Virus record (IMG/VR): IMGVR_UViG_3300042351_000704
Location: 1 to 64,000 of that record
Length of the DNA: 64,000 nucleotides
Source: a virus
Direction: 5' to 3' (one strand)
Shown here: piece after piece, positions 30,901 through 39,956 of the stretch
Layout: each line of letters begins with the position of its first letter
Numbering within the stretch: the first letter of the stretch is position 1
Notes under the pieces: model-generated
Seen by the model: the letters and a program-made list of their open reading frames with translations, nothing else
What the model was told of the DNA's origin: nothing
Database searches by the model: none
Position numbers and translations under genes: made by a program

Positions 30901-32179
30901 TGCATCTACTGTTGGTGGTTATGCTGTTGCTGTAGGAGGTTCGGCTAACACTATTCCTACAAGAAATGGTAGTGGTTATTTAATTCCTGAAAACTGGATT
31001 CAGCTTAATGGAATATACGGTCTATATTCACCAACAAATAATGCTCATTTAAGACCTAATGATGCAAGTTATGGTTCTTGGTTAATGACTGGAAGTAGAA
31101 ATGGGTGGCAGGGTATTGAGTTTAATTCTGGAGGTGCTGGTAATGTTACCATGATGATTTCCAATGATTCTAACACTTCTGGATTCCATAACAACTCTTA
31201 TGGTTGGCAGATTAGATGGGCTAATGGTACATTGTTTTGTGGCAAGAATTCTTATGGTGGTAATGATGCTACAGTTTGGGATAGTAGCAATGCTCCAAGA
31301 GCATCTAATTCACATCTAATGTATTATCAAGGGTTTACTTTGAACGCTGATACAATGGATGTTAATGCTACAGGATTTACATATGCTGTAAATGCTCCAT
31401 ATGTAGGACCTATAGTAAGATTTAGTACAGGTGGTGGTTATGATTTATGGTTAAACGCAGCTTACGGGGGATCAGGTAACTTAATTGCATTTAGAACAAG
31501 AAATGGAGATTCTGCGACACTTAATCCTTGGAGAGAGTTTATTACTTCTGGAAATATAGGAAACCAGTCAGTATCATATGCAAATAATGCTGGAAACGTA
31601 TCTAGCATTAGTGGTGCACTTAACGGTAATCATACCTGGACAAACATAAACTACTTTTTAACAAATAATGGAGGTTATTTAGGCAGTACTAATACAGCTA
31701 AGCTTCAAGCGTTTTCTTATGATAACAACTCAGCATTTATGTCTTTTCATAAGTCCAGCCATTACGCTGTAAACTTTGGACTTGATGCTGATAACGTAAT
31801 GCGTATAGGTGGATGGTCTGCTTCTGCAAACAGATGGCAGCTAGACATGTCAGGTAACATGACTGTTGCGGGTGACGTAACTGCTTATTCTGATGCCCGT
31901 GTGAAAGAAAATGTTGAAACTATTGTACAAGCTTTAGACAAGGTGTTACAACTTCGAGGTGTGAGCTACAACAGAACTGACTCTGATGACAAGAAGACTA
32001 AGATTGGTGTGATTGCACAAGAAACACTGGTTGTTGTACCGGAAGTAGTTAACCAGGACAACACAGGTATGTACAACGTATCTTATGGTAACCTTGCCGG
32101 ACTTTTTATTGAAGCCATCAAAGAACAGCAGAAACAGATTGAAGACCTTAAATCAAAGCTAGATGCCCTTACAAAGTAG
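27902..32179 (+). CDS. tail fibre/spike with C-terminal peptidase S74 domain
   Basis: Gly/Asn/aromatic-rich modules; AYSDARVKENV...IGVIAQE...LFIEAIKEQQKQIEDLK. Confidence 0.9.
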   Translation: MAVLQSTSITGSLTMNSMTAGFMKVNAQGAVVMDTNTYLTGVTSGQVTGALGYTPYNSSNPSGYVNSSNWAILSGATSYNTDRTTKVSNGLAIYSAYSGGANSPTTYDISAQYVVAGKGMEMAASWHSPSATMFFRTLRDCCDNWSSWVTMLSSANFNSYALPLTGGTLSGNLYVTNSSTVGAIFLSGAQSGARQYMIQNGITGISNSGLQIRDVTGNASLVYFDTSYNASFGAGIWATSGNFSAAISASNISSGVNASHIVQRDGNGYIYANHINFNTPESENPAISSFITSNGDGWSRKSSLAHVRNQLGNYGGWITSSGSITGNAATATYATNATRLYASDGSYVYGGAAPYYMTMTYDGSRWLLQVTPGTPAAVRVAYADAAGSASSAGNADTVDGYHATNAASGLAYYASNGYLYVPSWINVNGGGIFASTNNAHLRPNTGSYGAWEMIGSKNGWSGIWFNDSSDYLMANNNEVGHYQHGVGWKFRWYQGTMYISRGTTGGGSEFTVLDSGNYTNWAIARGGDTVSGQFSFTKTDDHAIQVGTIRGRAVGSQGGEFIQLYERVNIGGPNGWGASNTGAPTYGLSVFGGATIGYGNNGGLTVNGNINAPSGYVSNGNPWGTSNSAFFPNGITTAGGTNWVYGLTYLGNAPGNGSGAQVESNGRIYVRANSAAAYNGFAGQFVDRNSASSNHVPWSFENEWGNHSWGVVARFHIQQASADRPSIQFTNGTNNTRWGVGYCFADDNFRISQDIGMAPDGSSGSWGTERFRINTDGTTLLGIQGSNTNVYGLLRLASNNHLYLDNNFGQTIVGLYSASRYQGVFAMGDAYKLPVDGTSTGSLYGLAWSHPNAGGVAGNLNTHGLLVLENGGFLAAISGSIRARDDMRAPIFYDSNDTGYYLDMNSTSNSAGRIRGGILFGPNPTWGRYLQVGGNGNQNTDYASVVTTDGNLHLDSRAGNAMYLNYYANGIIYLNGATYYISANGAFYNGTASYANSAGNASTVGGYAVAVGGSANTIPTRNGSGYLIPENWIQLNGIYGLYSPTNNAHLRPNDASYGSWLMTGSRNGWQGIEFNSGGAGNVTMMISNDSNTSGFHNNSYGWQIRWANGTLFCGKNSYGGNDATVWDSSNAPRASNSHLMYYQGFTLNADTMDVNATGFTYAVNAPYVGPIVRFSTGGGYDLWLNAAYGGSGNLIAFRTRNGDSATLNPWREFITSGNIGNQSVSYANNAGNVSSISGALNGNHTWTNINYFLTNNGGYLGSTNTAKLQAFSYDNNSAFMSFHKSSHYAVNFGLDADNVMRIGGWSASANRWQLDMSGNMTVAGDVTAYSDARVKENVETIVQALDKVLQLRGVSYNRTDSDDKKTKIGVIAQETLVVVPEVVNQDNTGMYNVSYGNLAGLFIEAIKEQQKQIEDLKSKLDALTK

Positions 32180-32618
32180 TGGTGCCATAAGTATGTCCCA
32201 AATCAATACTGAGTTGGGAAGATCATCTACTGCTGCTATCAGCTTAGATACTGCTGAGAACGGTGGGTATGCTGCTATTAACACGTGCGGATCACCATAC
32301 CCTTCTTCTAGCAACCCAGCTAGTATGAGTGAGTGGTATAGTTATAACCATTCGGCAGCTTGTTGTCCAGCCTATGGAACATATCAATATGCTTATTGTA
32401 GCGGTTGTGATCAGTATGCTGTATACGCAAACGGAGCTTGTGGAACATACCAAACTTTCTTAGGATATAATCCATCAGCTTGTGGTTGTTGTGATCTATA
32501 TGGTACATTCTTAGGCTCGGAGTGTAGTGGTTGTGATGTATATTATATTTATGCAAATGGTAATTGTGGTACTTACTCTGGATATGCTTACACCGACTGC
32601 GGAGAGTGTTTTACTTAA
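32163..32618 (+). CDS. tail fibre-associated protein with Cys-rich tandem repeats
   Basis: N-terminal SSGAISMSQINTELG motif; two CC..YGT.....CSGCD.Y..YANG.CGTY repeats. Confidence 0.75.
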   Translation: MPLQSSGAISMSQINTELGRSSTAAISLDTAENGGYAAINTCGSPYPSSSNPASMSEWYSYNHSAACCPAYGTYQYAYCSGCDQYAVYANGACGTYQTFLGYNPSACGCCDLYGTFLGSECSGCDVYYIYANGNCGTYSGYAYTDCGECFT

Positions 32619-32637
32619 TAATCTATAAATAAACCTT

Positions 32638-32859
32638 ATGACGTATTTTAACAAAGGTGAGAACCTTTACTACAAAATTGATGCTGAGACCTTTACTGTC
32701 TACGAAGTTTTTGGATCTGACAGTCAGAAACGTATTATGCTTAACACAGGTGAAAGATTTTACACCGATGTAATGGAGCGTATAGAAAGAGACTCTTTTA
32801 CAGAGACAGATGAAGCTGCATTTACTACCTTTTTAAACCAGGTTAAAGCTAGTTTATAA
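32638..32859 (+). CDS. hypothetical protein
   Basis: Operon position. Confidence 0.7.
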   Translation: MTYFNKGENLYYKIDAETFTVYEVFGSDSQKRIMLNTGERFYTDVMERIERDSFTETDEAAFTTFLNQVKASL

Positions 32860-32887
32860 ACAAGATATTGACATAGTGGTGTACATA

Positions 32888-32915
32888 TTGTAGACCTTTA
32901 TATCTTTGTAGTAGA
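32888..32915 (+). promoter_or_regulatory. putative promoter (TATCTTTG -7 element with TGTAG boxes)
   Basis: TTGTAGACCTTTATATCTTTGTAGTAGA. Confidence 0.5.
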
Positions 32916-32932
32916 TTAATCTAATAACTCCT

Positions 32933-33451
32933 ATGGACAAAATTACCCTCAAACTTTATGAGTTCTACAACCTAGAAGCTGAACTCAATGGTGTAACCAA
33001 CCAACAAACCGGTGAGAAACTAGTAGCCGGCCTTTTACAAGAGAAACTGTCTTTGACTACCAAGTACTGGCTGACCAAGCTAGCTAAGAAGGTGGGCGAA
33101 GAAAAAGCTATTGTGGAAGAACTTAAAAACGAGCTGATCAAGAAGTACGGCAAAGAAGACGAGAATGGTGGCGTATCCATCCCGATGTCTATTGACGAGC
33201 TGGACGAAGATGGTCAACCTAAAAAAGACCTTGACAAAGATGGTAACTGGTTTACCAAGAAGGTGTTGAACCCGGATTTTAAACAGTTTGAAACAGAGTT
33301 TAACGCCCTGCTTCAGACCGACAAAGAGCTGGAATACAAGCCTTTTAGTCTGGAAGACTTTGAAAAACTAGAGACTTCTGAGAACTACGCTACGTTTTTT
33401 CAGCTGATCAAAGCTGACGATGTACCGGTAGTTCCTATGGCTGCCAAGTAA
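32933..33451 (+). CDS. hypothetical helical protein (possible fibre chaperone)
   Basis: KLSLTTKYWLTKL...NELIKKYG...F..EFNALL pattern of small genes next to fibre genes. Confidence 0.7.
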   Translation: MDKITLKLYEFYNLEAELNGVTNQQTGEKLVAGLLQEKLSLTTKYWLTKLAKKVGEEKAIVEELKNELIKKYGKEDENGGVSIPMSIDELDEDGQPKKDLDKDGNWFTKKVLNPDFKQFETEFNALLQTDKELEYKPFSLEDFEKLETSENYATFFQLIKADDVPVVPMAAK

Positions 33452-33478
33452 GTCGCTTTCCCTTTTTATATATTCTGC

Positions 33479-33517
33479 AAAAACCACCTCTCTAACCCGG
33501 GGTGGTTTTTTGTTTTT
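33479..33517 (+). terminator. Rho-independent terminator
   Basis: AAAAACCACCTC-loop-GGGGTGGTTTTTTGTTTTT. Confidence 0.85.
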
Positions 33518-33531
33518 CTTGTAGAAATTTA

Positions 33532-33548
33532 GTATATTATATTGTAGA
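33532..33548 (+). promoter_or_regulatory. putative phage late promoter box
   Basis: GTATATTATATTGTAGA directly after the terminator. Confidence 0.6.
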
Positions 33549-33577
33549 CCTATACACAATCTAAACTCACTATAACT

Positions 33578-34093
33578 ATGGCCCTTAAGATCACAACCCA
33601 AATCGGGACAGACAAAGGAATTACTTCAGAAGCATACGTACGTATTGCTGACTATCAACTATCTAAATACGGTTCTGCTAACTTCCGTATAGAGATCTTC
33701 CAATCTCAGGAAGATGTTCCTGTACCTGGTGGTTATCCTATGGCAGGTTCCCCAACAGGTGGAGCTGCTAAGAACCAGCAAATTGGTGAAAGCCTGTATG
33801 TTGCTTTAACCAAGCAAGTGGAAGAAACTATTACGGTTAAGCGTATGAATCCGGTACAAGTGGAAGAAGAAGTTACTGCACCTGGTCCTATAGACGAAGA
33901 AGGTAACCCAACTACTGTGACTAGCACTGTTACCCGCACTGAAATGCAGGAGCAGGACGTAGAAGAAACCATTACCAAGACTGTTCCGGATCTGACTAGT
34001 GCAGAAGACGTGGACATATTTGAGTTTGGTTATGGTCACTTAAAGGCTAAGCTTGAAGGTCTATTCGGTGCTGAGCACGTGGTAGATTGCTAA
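33578..34093 (+). CDS. hypothetical (tail-associated) protein
   Basis: Long ORF after promoter box. Confidence 0.75.
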   Translation: MALKITTQIGTDKGITSEAYVRIADYQLSKYGSANFRIEIFQSQEDVPVPGGYPMAGSPTGGAAKNQQIGESLYVALTKQVEETITVKRMNPVQVEEEVTAPGPIDEEGNPTTVTSTVTRTEMQEQDVEETITKTVPDLTSAEDVDIFEFGYGHLKAKLEGLFGAEHVVDC

Positions 34094-34116
34094 TAACTCA
34101 TTGATATCCAATAACT

Positions 34117-35355
34117 ATGTTACCTCTGAAATCTAATACTGCTGAGCAGGGTTGCTCCCCTGTATCCTCTAATTGTGTCATATGGCAGGGTCCTAACCTG
34201 TCATGTATCAACCTTTGCAACGGTGACACTGTTTCTGACGTAGTCTACAAAATAGCCACCAACCTGTGTGCCATCCAGAATGCTCTAGATCTTAAGGATG
34301 TGGACCTCAGTTGCCTGGTGACATTTTGTACATCTTCTAACCCCGCTCCAACTACGAAGACCCTGCCGGCAGTATTGGATTTTATAGTAAAGAAGATATG
34401 CTGTTTAGAAGATCTTATTCCACCAAGCGGTGGAAGTGGAACAACATACACTGAACCTAATTTAACTCTTCCTACCTGTCTTCAGTATAACGATCCTTCA
34501 ACTGGTCAACCAGTAACACAGCTGATACTGAACCAGTATGTGCTTCGCCTGGCAAACCAGTTCTGTGCTTTAAAAGTCACAGTGGATACCCACACTACAC
34601 AGATTACTAGTTTAACAACTCGTGTTACAGCTTTAGAAGCAAGACCGATTCCTATCCCATTACCTACAGTAACACCTAATTGTATACTTACTCCAGGTGT
34701 AGCTACTCCGATGGCTACTGTACTAGATGAACTAGAAGCTCAGTATTGTTTACTTAGAGGCGTGTTGGGCACCAATACACAGATTACAGCTGCAACGGCT
34801 GCACAATGTGCTGGTTTAAGTTCAGCTGCAGCATTAAGTCAACCTGGAGTGATGTCTGGTATTAGTGGTTGGAACAGCTCTGTAACAAATATGGCACAGG
34901 CATTTCAAAACTTATGGATCACTGTATGTGACATGAGAGCTGTAATTGGTGACTTAAAGAATTGTTGTAGTCAGGTAGACTGTACTCAGTTTATTCTGAA
35001 CTATACTGCTTCAGCTAATTCAGATCGTACTCAAATTACTTTAGACTTTAACCCAGGTACTATTATTCCAGCTGGCTTTGCTAACGCTGTGGCAGGTAGT
35101 TCTGTAGTTATTTCTGATGGTACAAATAGTAAAACATTTACACTTAATCTTGTATCTCTAGCGGCTAGTGGAGAGTTCATAGCAACTGTTGCCGGTGGTA
35201 GCGTTGTGGGTGTAGCTCTTAATACTTCTCAGCCTTATACAGTTACAGTTAATGGTAACATTACTAAAGATGGACAAAGCTGTAGTAAAACAGTTAACAA
35301 GACTATTTCTGTACCGTGTCCAATAGTATCTAACGTAGTAGCAACATTATCATAA
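34117..35355 (+). CDS. Cys-rich virion structural protein
   Basis: CSPVSSNCVIWQGPNLSCINLCNGD N-terminus, short coiled coil, Ig-like C-terminus. Confidence 0.75.
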   Translation: MLPLKSNTAEQGCSPVSSNCVIWQGPNLSCINLCNGDTVSDVVYKIATNLCAIQNALDLKDVDLSCLVTFCTSSNPAPTTKTLPAVLDFIVKKICCLEDLIPPSGGSGTTYTEPNLTLPTCLQYNDPSTGQPVTQLILNQYVLRLANQFCALKVTVDTHTTQITSLTTRVTALEARPIPIPLPTVTPNCILTPGVATPMATVLDELEAQYCLLRGVLGTNTQITAATAAQCAGLSSAAALSQPGVMSGISGWNSSVTNMAQAFQNLWITVCDMRAVIGDLKNCCSQVDCTQFILNYTASANSDRTQITLDFNPGTIIPAGFANAVAGSSVVISDGTNSKTFTLNLVSLAASGEFIATVAGGSVVGVALNTSQPYTVTVNGNITKDGQSCSKTVNKTISVPCPIVSNVVATLS

Positions 35356-35356
35356 G

Positions 35357-35914
35357 ATGAATATAACCTTAACATGGACAGCTGGTGGTGGTGCAACTAG
35401 CCAGAATGTTCAATACAAACAAAGTACATCCGGAACTTGGATTACCCATAGTACGGTAAGTGGAACTACTAACTCAGATACGATTAACGGCTTAACCGAT
35501 AACGTAATATACGATTTTAGAGTGGTGACCAACTGTGCTGGTGGAACACCTGCTCCTAGTGCACCTACTCAACAAATTAATATAACTTGTCCTAGTGTAT
35601 CAACTACACCATCTGATGTCAGCATAGCTTATAGCTTTTCTGATTTAGGTGCTTCGGTAACCGGCTATACTGTAAAACTATTTAGCAACGATGGTACTAC
35701 CGAACTCTCTAGCCAGACACCTTCTGGAACAAGTGTAAAAAGTGGAACATTTACCGGTCTTACCGCATCTACTGGTTATAAAATCAGGGTAATTGTTACA
35801 GCAGGTTCGTTTAGTAAAACAAACTGTGCTTTTACAAGCGTAACCACTACTTCTACACCTGCATGTAATGCTCCAACTGGTGTAACTGCTACTATCACAG
35901 AAGATCTTACATAA
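35357..35914 (+). CDS. tandem fibronectin type III domain protein
   Basis: ITLTW...Y.....INGLTDNVIYDFRV; TFTGLTASTGYKIRV. Confidence 0.85.
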   Translation: MNITLTWTAGGGATSQNVQYKQSTSGTWITHSTVSGTTNSDTINGLTDNVIYDFRVVTNCAGGTPAPSAPTQQINITCPSVSTTPSDVSIAYSFSDLGASVTGYTVKLFSNDGTTELSSQTPSGTSVKSGTFTGLTASTGYKIRVIVTAGSFSKTNCAFTSVTTTSTPACNAPTGVTATITEDLT

Positions 35915-35930
35915 AATAATATAATACCAT

Positions 35931-36560
35931 ATGTCCTGTAATCCTTGTGCAGAATGTCCTCCAGATTTAAACTACACTCTTCCACCATGTGCGGAAGGTG
36001 AGCCTTGTGAGGAAATATTTCCTACCGACTGTGTCAGCTATAAAGGTCCAAATCTGCCTGCTCTTGGTATTAAAAATACTGACAGGCTTTCTGATATATT
36101 AACCAGTTTACACCAGGTGGTAAATACCCTGATCAACCCGGTGGTTCCAATTGCCAACTTTACAGCTACTAATACTGGTACAGGTGCTAATCCTGCTCCA
36201 ATGGTAGTTACTTACCTGGGTCTGGGTCCGGTGTATAAATCTACTGCAGGCGCTACAGGCGCTGGTACTACTATCACCGTAGGATCTACAACAGGTCTTG
36301 TAGTTGGTATGAGAGTAGAAGTGACTGCAGGCGTTGGTGTATTTGCTGCTAACACTACCGTTACTTCAATCCCTAGTCCTACTACGTTTGTAGTAAGCCA
36401 GGCACCTACCACTGCACTTTCTGGTGGATCTACAACCATTACTGCAACCGGATCTAACCACGACATCTTTACTATATCTGTATTAAAAAATATTCCTCAG
36501 ACCTTTAAAGCTTTTGCAGGCTCTCCTGTAAAACTATCTGGTACAGGTACTATTGTATAA
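35931..36560 (+). CDS. Cys-rich virion structural protein
   Basis: TDCVSYKGPNL is paralogous to the N-terminus of the gene at 34117; beta-rich insert. Confidence 0.7.
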   Translation: MSCNPCAECPPDLNYTLPPCAEGEPCEEIFPTDCVSYKGPNLPALGIKNTDRLSDILTSLHQVVNTLINPVVPIANFTATNTGTGANPAPMVVTYLGLGPVYKSTAGATGAGTTITVGSTTGLVVGMRVEVTAGVGVFAANTTVTSIPSPTTFVVSQAPTTALSGGSTTITATGSNHDIFTISVLKNIPQTFKAFAGSPVKLSGTGTIV

Positions 36561-36570
36561 AACATAACCT

Positions 36571-37002
36571 ATGTCTGTTCTTCCTTGCATATCATACAAA
36601 GTTCTTAATGTAGCTTTTACAGCTCCAACCATTCCTCCGGTTAACGGGTATGTGGTAAAATGGAGAGTTGTAGGAGAAACAGAATGGAACGTGGTATCTA
36701 ACCAGTACAATAATCCTGTACAGATTGCAGGCGTTCCTACTTGTTATGCTATTGAAGGAACTATCCAGGCTGATTGTGGTGGTGGTAACTTAGGTAACCC
36801 AATCAATTTTGCATTAAGTGCACAAGCTTCAAGCTGTTATACATTTACTTTGTTACAGTCAGCTAACTATACTTATGTTTCTTGTGGCGGCACTCAAGTG
36901 TCTACAGTAACAAATAGTGCTAGTCAGCCCACTTCTATATGTGCAATAGATGGATCTGTCAGTGGTGGATCCTTTACCCGTTCTTCATCATGTATTTCCT
37001 AA
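36571..37002 (+). CDS. FN3-like domain protein
   Basis: PVNGYVVKWR...YAIEGTIQADCGG. Confidence 0.7.
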   Translation: MSVLPCISYKVLNVAFTAPTIPPVNGYVVKWRVVGETEWNVVSNQYNNPVQIAGVPTCYAIEGTIQADCGGGNLGNPINFALSAQASSCYTFTLLQSANYTYVSCGGTQVSTVTNSASQPTSICAIDGSVSGGSFTRSSSCIS

Positions 37003-37010
37003 ACTGAGAT

Positions 37011-37811
37011 ATGTCTTATTCATTAATTATAAACTGGACAGCTGCAAGCCCTGTACCCGCCAACGGATACCGGGTAAAGTATTGGCCTACCAGCAATCCT
37101 TCTGCTGTTACTACTGTTACACCTAATGTCAGCGGTACAACACATACGATTACAGGTCTAAGTGCAACATCTTATGCAGGTACCGTAGAAGCACATTGTG
37201 GCGGAAGTAACTATTCTACAGCCCAAAGCTTTACGGCTAACTATGATTTTTATTATTATACGTTAAGTAAGTATGATTGCTCTAACAGCTGTGCTCAGGT
37301 AGGAACTACCGGACAGTTTGTGGGTCGTTCTACTACCGCGCTTTCTACAACAAGCGGCACACACTATAAGGTTGGTAACTTTACATATGTAGTCAATACA
37401 TTGGTTACACCAGATCCTTCTACATTTGATGTTGATCTGAATACTGCTACAGCAACAGGATCTACTTGTTCTGCAGCCTGTGGAAGTCCTTCTAACGGAA
37501 CTATCAGTATTTTAAACAATGGAGGATCAGGAGCTGTAATAAGTGATTTTCAACCAACATGGTTTTTCATAGATAATGGTGTAATCCCTGTACAAAATTT
37601 AGGCTCAGCTACTGGCGGACATGGTGGATTTACTGGCAACTTTGGAGTTACTGTAACTGGGGCAATGGGGGGTTGTTTAACTCTTACCGTTAACGGAACC
37701 ATGGTACAAAATCTTGGTATCTCAGCTTCTGGTATTTACACCTTTTTAAGTGTAACTATTCCAAGTAACGCTTCAGTAATAATCTCACTTGATCAAGGAG
37801 CTTGTCAATAA
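37011..37811 (+). CDS. FN3-like domain protein
   Basis: INWTAASP.PANGYRVKY...ITGLSATSYAGTVEAHCGG. Confidence 0.75.
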   Translation: MSYSLIINWTAASPVPANGYRVKYWPTSNPSAVTTVTPNVSGTTHTITGLSATSYAGTVEAHCGGSNYSTAQSFTANYDFYYYTLSKYDCSNSCAQVGTTGQFVGRSTTALSTTSGTHYKVGNFTYVVNTLVTPDPSTFDVDLNTATATGSTCSAACGSPSNGTISILNNGGSGAVISDFQPTWFFIDNGVIPVQNLGSATGGHGGFTGNFGVTVTGAMGGCLTLTVNGTMVQNLGISASGIYTFLSVTIPSNASVIISLDQGACQ

Positions 37812-37857
37812 CTTATAAAAAAGTCAGTGGTTTAGTTGGTTTTCCACGGACAACTAA

Positions 37858-37896
37858 AGCCTCTGGTATTTCTATACCGGGGGCTAATTTTTTTTT
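37858..37896 (+). terminator. Rho-independent terminator
   Basis: AGCCTCTGGTAT-TTCT-ATACCGGGGGCT followed by AA and a T9 run. Confidence 0.85.
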
Positions 37897-37982
37897 ACTA
37901 CTGTTGATAAAAGGTGTATAATATGTAGAGTAGTTCTACAACATGAATCTAACTTCATACACCATATACTAATCCTACCCCT

Positions 37983-39299
37983 ATGAATCTCATCTCGCAG
38001 GTATATGGCTCCATCCGTTGGAAAAAAACGGATGAGTGGTGTGCCGAAAAGTTAGGTATTTCTTTACAAAAATACCAAAACATCAAGCAACAAATTCTAC
38101 AAACCAAGGAACTTCTTCAGGAAGAACTGGATAACAGCCTTATAGACTTGGCTGGTAAAAGAATGCTTGACCTGATCAATGACGAACAGATCAAAAATCA
38201 GTACATCACCCAGCTGGAAGACCAGTTGGAGATTGCCATCAACCAGCAAAAAGAAAAAGTGGTTGAGTTTAAAGAAGACCTGGAAGGGGGCACTGCGGAA
38301 ATCAAAGGTATTGCCTTTGCAGAGCCCAAAAGCCCAGATGAGATTATCCGCATCTTAAAGATTGATACAGAAAAATGGAAGCTGAGTTCTTATTGGAACA
38401 AGCAGCACAAAGACTACTGGCTTATTTCAGCCATGGTGGCTCAGAAGAAAGCAAGCAATGTGGACATGCTGGCTGAGACTATCAAAGATTTCAACCCTGA
38501 TTATACTCCTGTTGCAGAGGTACACATAAACGAACATTACACTTTACCTACGATGGGGATCTTGTCAGTACAGGATCTCCATTTTGGTAAAGAGGGTAAT
38601 GCAGGCGTGATCCAGGACTTCAGAGAAGCAGTCTCTGGCCTGGTGGTAAGAGCCTACCATTCTCACAACCTGGACAGACTGGTGTTTGTATTTGGCGGGG
38701 ACATCCTGAACATGGATACATTTTCCGGGCAAACAACCAAGGGCACCCCTGTAGACAACGATCAGCGTGCCCAGGATGCCTATAAAGATGCTTTTAACAG
38801 CATGTACTGGGCCCTGAACTTCATGAAGCAGTTCTGTAATCAATTAGACGTGGTATACGTGCCCGGAAATCATGACAGGCTATCTTCTTACCATTTGGCT
38901 CATGCCCTCTCTAAATGCTTTGTAAACGCTTCTAATATCACTTTTCACTGTGACTATGCAGAACGCAAGGTGCTCACCTACGGGATGAACTTCTTTGCCT
39001 TTGAGCACGGGGATGTGAATTCCAAGAATACACCCCTGATCTATGCCACCGAGTTTGCTACCCAGTGGGGTGCTACCAAGTACCGCACTTGCTTTACCGG
39101 TCACTGGCATAAGAAAAAGACTACGCAGTATGTTACTGAGAATGAGGAAGCTGGCTTTGCGATCAAGCACATGCCGAGCCTTTCCCGCTCAGATTACTGG
39201 CATTACCATAACAAATTTACAGGAGCCAAACGCCAGGCTATTATGGAACTTCATGATATGCTCAAGGGTAAAGTATGTGAACTGGTACACACCTGTTAA
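37983..39299 (+). CDS. calcineurin-like metallophosphoesterase with N-terminal HTH/coiled coil
   Basis: DLHFG, GGDILNMD, PGNHD, EHGD and GHWH motifs. Confidence 0.9.
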   Translation: MNLISQVYGSIRWKKTDEWCAEKLGISLQKYQNIKQQILQTKELLQEELDNSLIDLAGKRMLDLINDEQIKNQYITQLEDQLEIAINQQKEKVVEFKEDLEGGTAEIKGIAFAEPKSPDEIIRILKIDTEKWKLSSYWNKQHKDYWLISAMVAQKKASNVDMLAETIKDFNPDYTPVAEVHINEHYTLPTMGILSVQDLHFGKEGNAGVIQDFREAVSGLVVRAYHSHNLDRLVFVFGGDILNMDTFSGQTTKGTPVDNDQRAQDAYKDAFNSMYWALNFMKQFCNQLDVVYVPGNHDRLSSYHLAHALSKCFVNASNITFHCDYAERKVLTYGMNFFAFEHGDVNSKNTPLIYATEFATQWGATKYRTCFTGHWHKKKTTQYVTENEEAGFAIKHMPSLSRSDYWHYHNKFTGAKRQAIMELHDMLKGKVCELVHTC

Positions 39300-39337
39300 A
39301 CTCTCCAAGTTTAATTAGAAAACCTCGTAGATTTTTA

Positions 39338-39355
39338 GTAAATTATTAATGTAGA
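39338..39355 (+). promoter_or_regulatory. putative phage late promoter box
   Basis: GTAAATTATTAATGTAGA, 4 nt before the GTG start. Confidence 0.55.
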
Positions 39356-39359
39356 ACTT

Positions 39360-39947
39360 GTGGCCATAAAGTATAACAAGCCAGACCTCAATGCCCCGCG
39401 ATACAGACCCAAGAAACTGAACCTGACCAACCAGGATGTGTATCAAAAGTTTGTGGATGAAAACCCCAGGTTTGCTTCACTCACCGTCACGCAGTTTAAA
39501 GATGTTATTAAGTCCTTTAACGGCAAGATCTGGAACAAAGTGATCGAAAGCCGTGATGGAGTGGAGCTTCCCGAACAGCTGGGTTACCTGTTTATAGGAT
39601 CCTGTCCTCGTAAACAAAATGATAATCCTGATCGGGTAAAGTCTATTCTCTATGGGATGAAGGTTCAGAATCAAAACTGGGAAAGTGATCAGTACGTAGC
39701 CAAGATCTTCTACACCAACTTTGAAACCAAGTACCGGTTTAAGCACCACGAGATGTGGGGATTCACCGGTGTAAGAGACTTCAAAAGAACAGTGGCCAAA
39801 ACATATCCGCAAGAGTGGAAGAAATATGTACAGGTGGATAACCTGGTAAAAGTGAGCCTGCTGTTCCGCAAGCAAAAGTTCAAAGACTTTAAGAAACAAG
39901 AAACTACAGAGCTCCTCAAAGAGTATGACGAGTTTGACCTAGATTAA
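39360..39947 (+). CDS. HU/IHF-like conserved crAss-like protein
   Basis: FKDVIKSFNGKIWNKVIESRDGVELPEQLGYLFI; precedes the tail ring genes as in crAss-like phages. Confidence 0.65.
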   Translation: MAIKYNKPDLNAPRYRPKKLNLTNQDVYQKFVDENPRFASLTVTQFKDVIKSFNGKIWNKVIESRDGVELPEQLGYLFIGSCPRKQNDNPDRVKSILYGMKVQNQNWESDQYVAKIFYTNFETKYRFKHHEMWGFTGVRDFKRTVAKTYPQEWKKYVQVDNLVKVSLLFRKQKFKDFKKQETTELLKEYDEFDLD

Positions 39948-39956
39948 TACCGCCCT

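Noticed and set aside
22316-37811. Diversity-generating retroelement or invertase shufflon acting on the fibres
   Set aside because: No reverse transcriptase, recombinase, adenine-specific TR/VR pair or inverted cassettes were seen.
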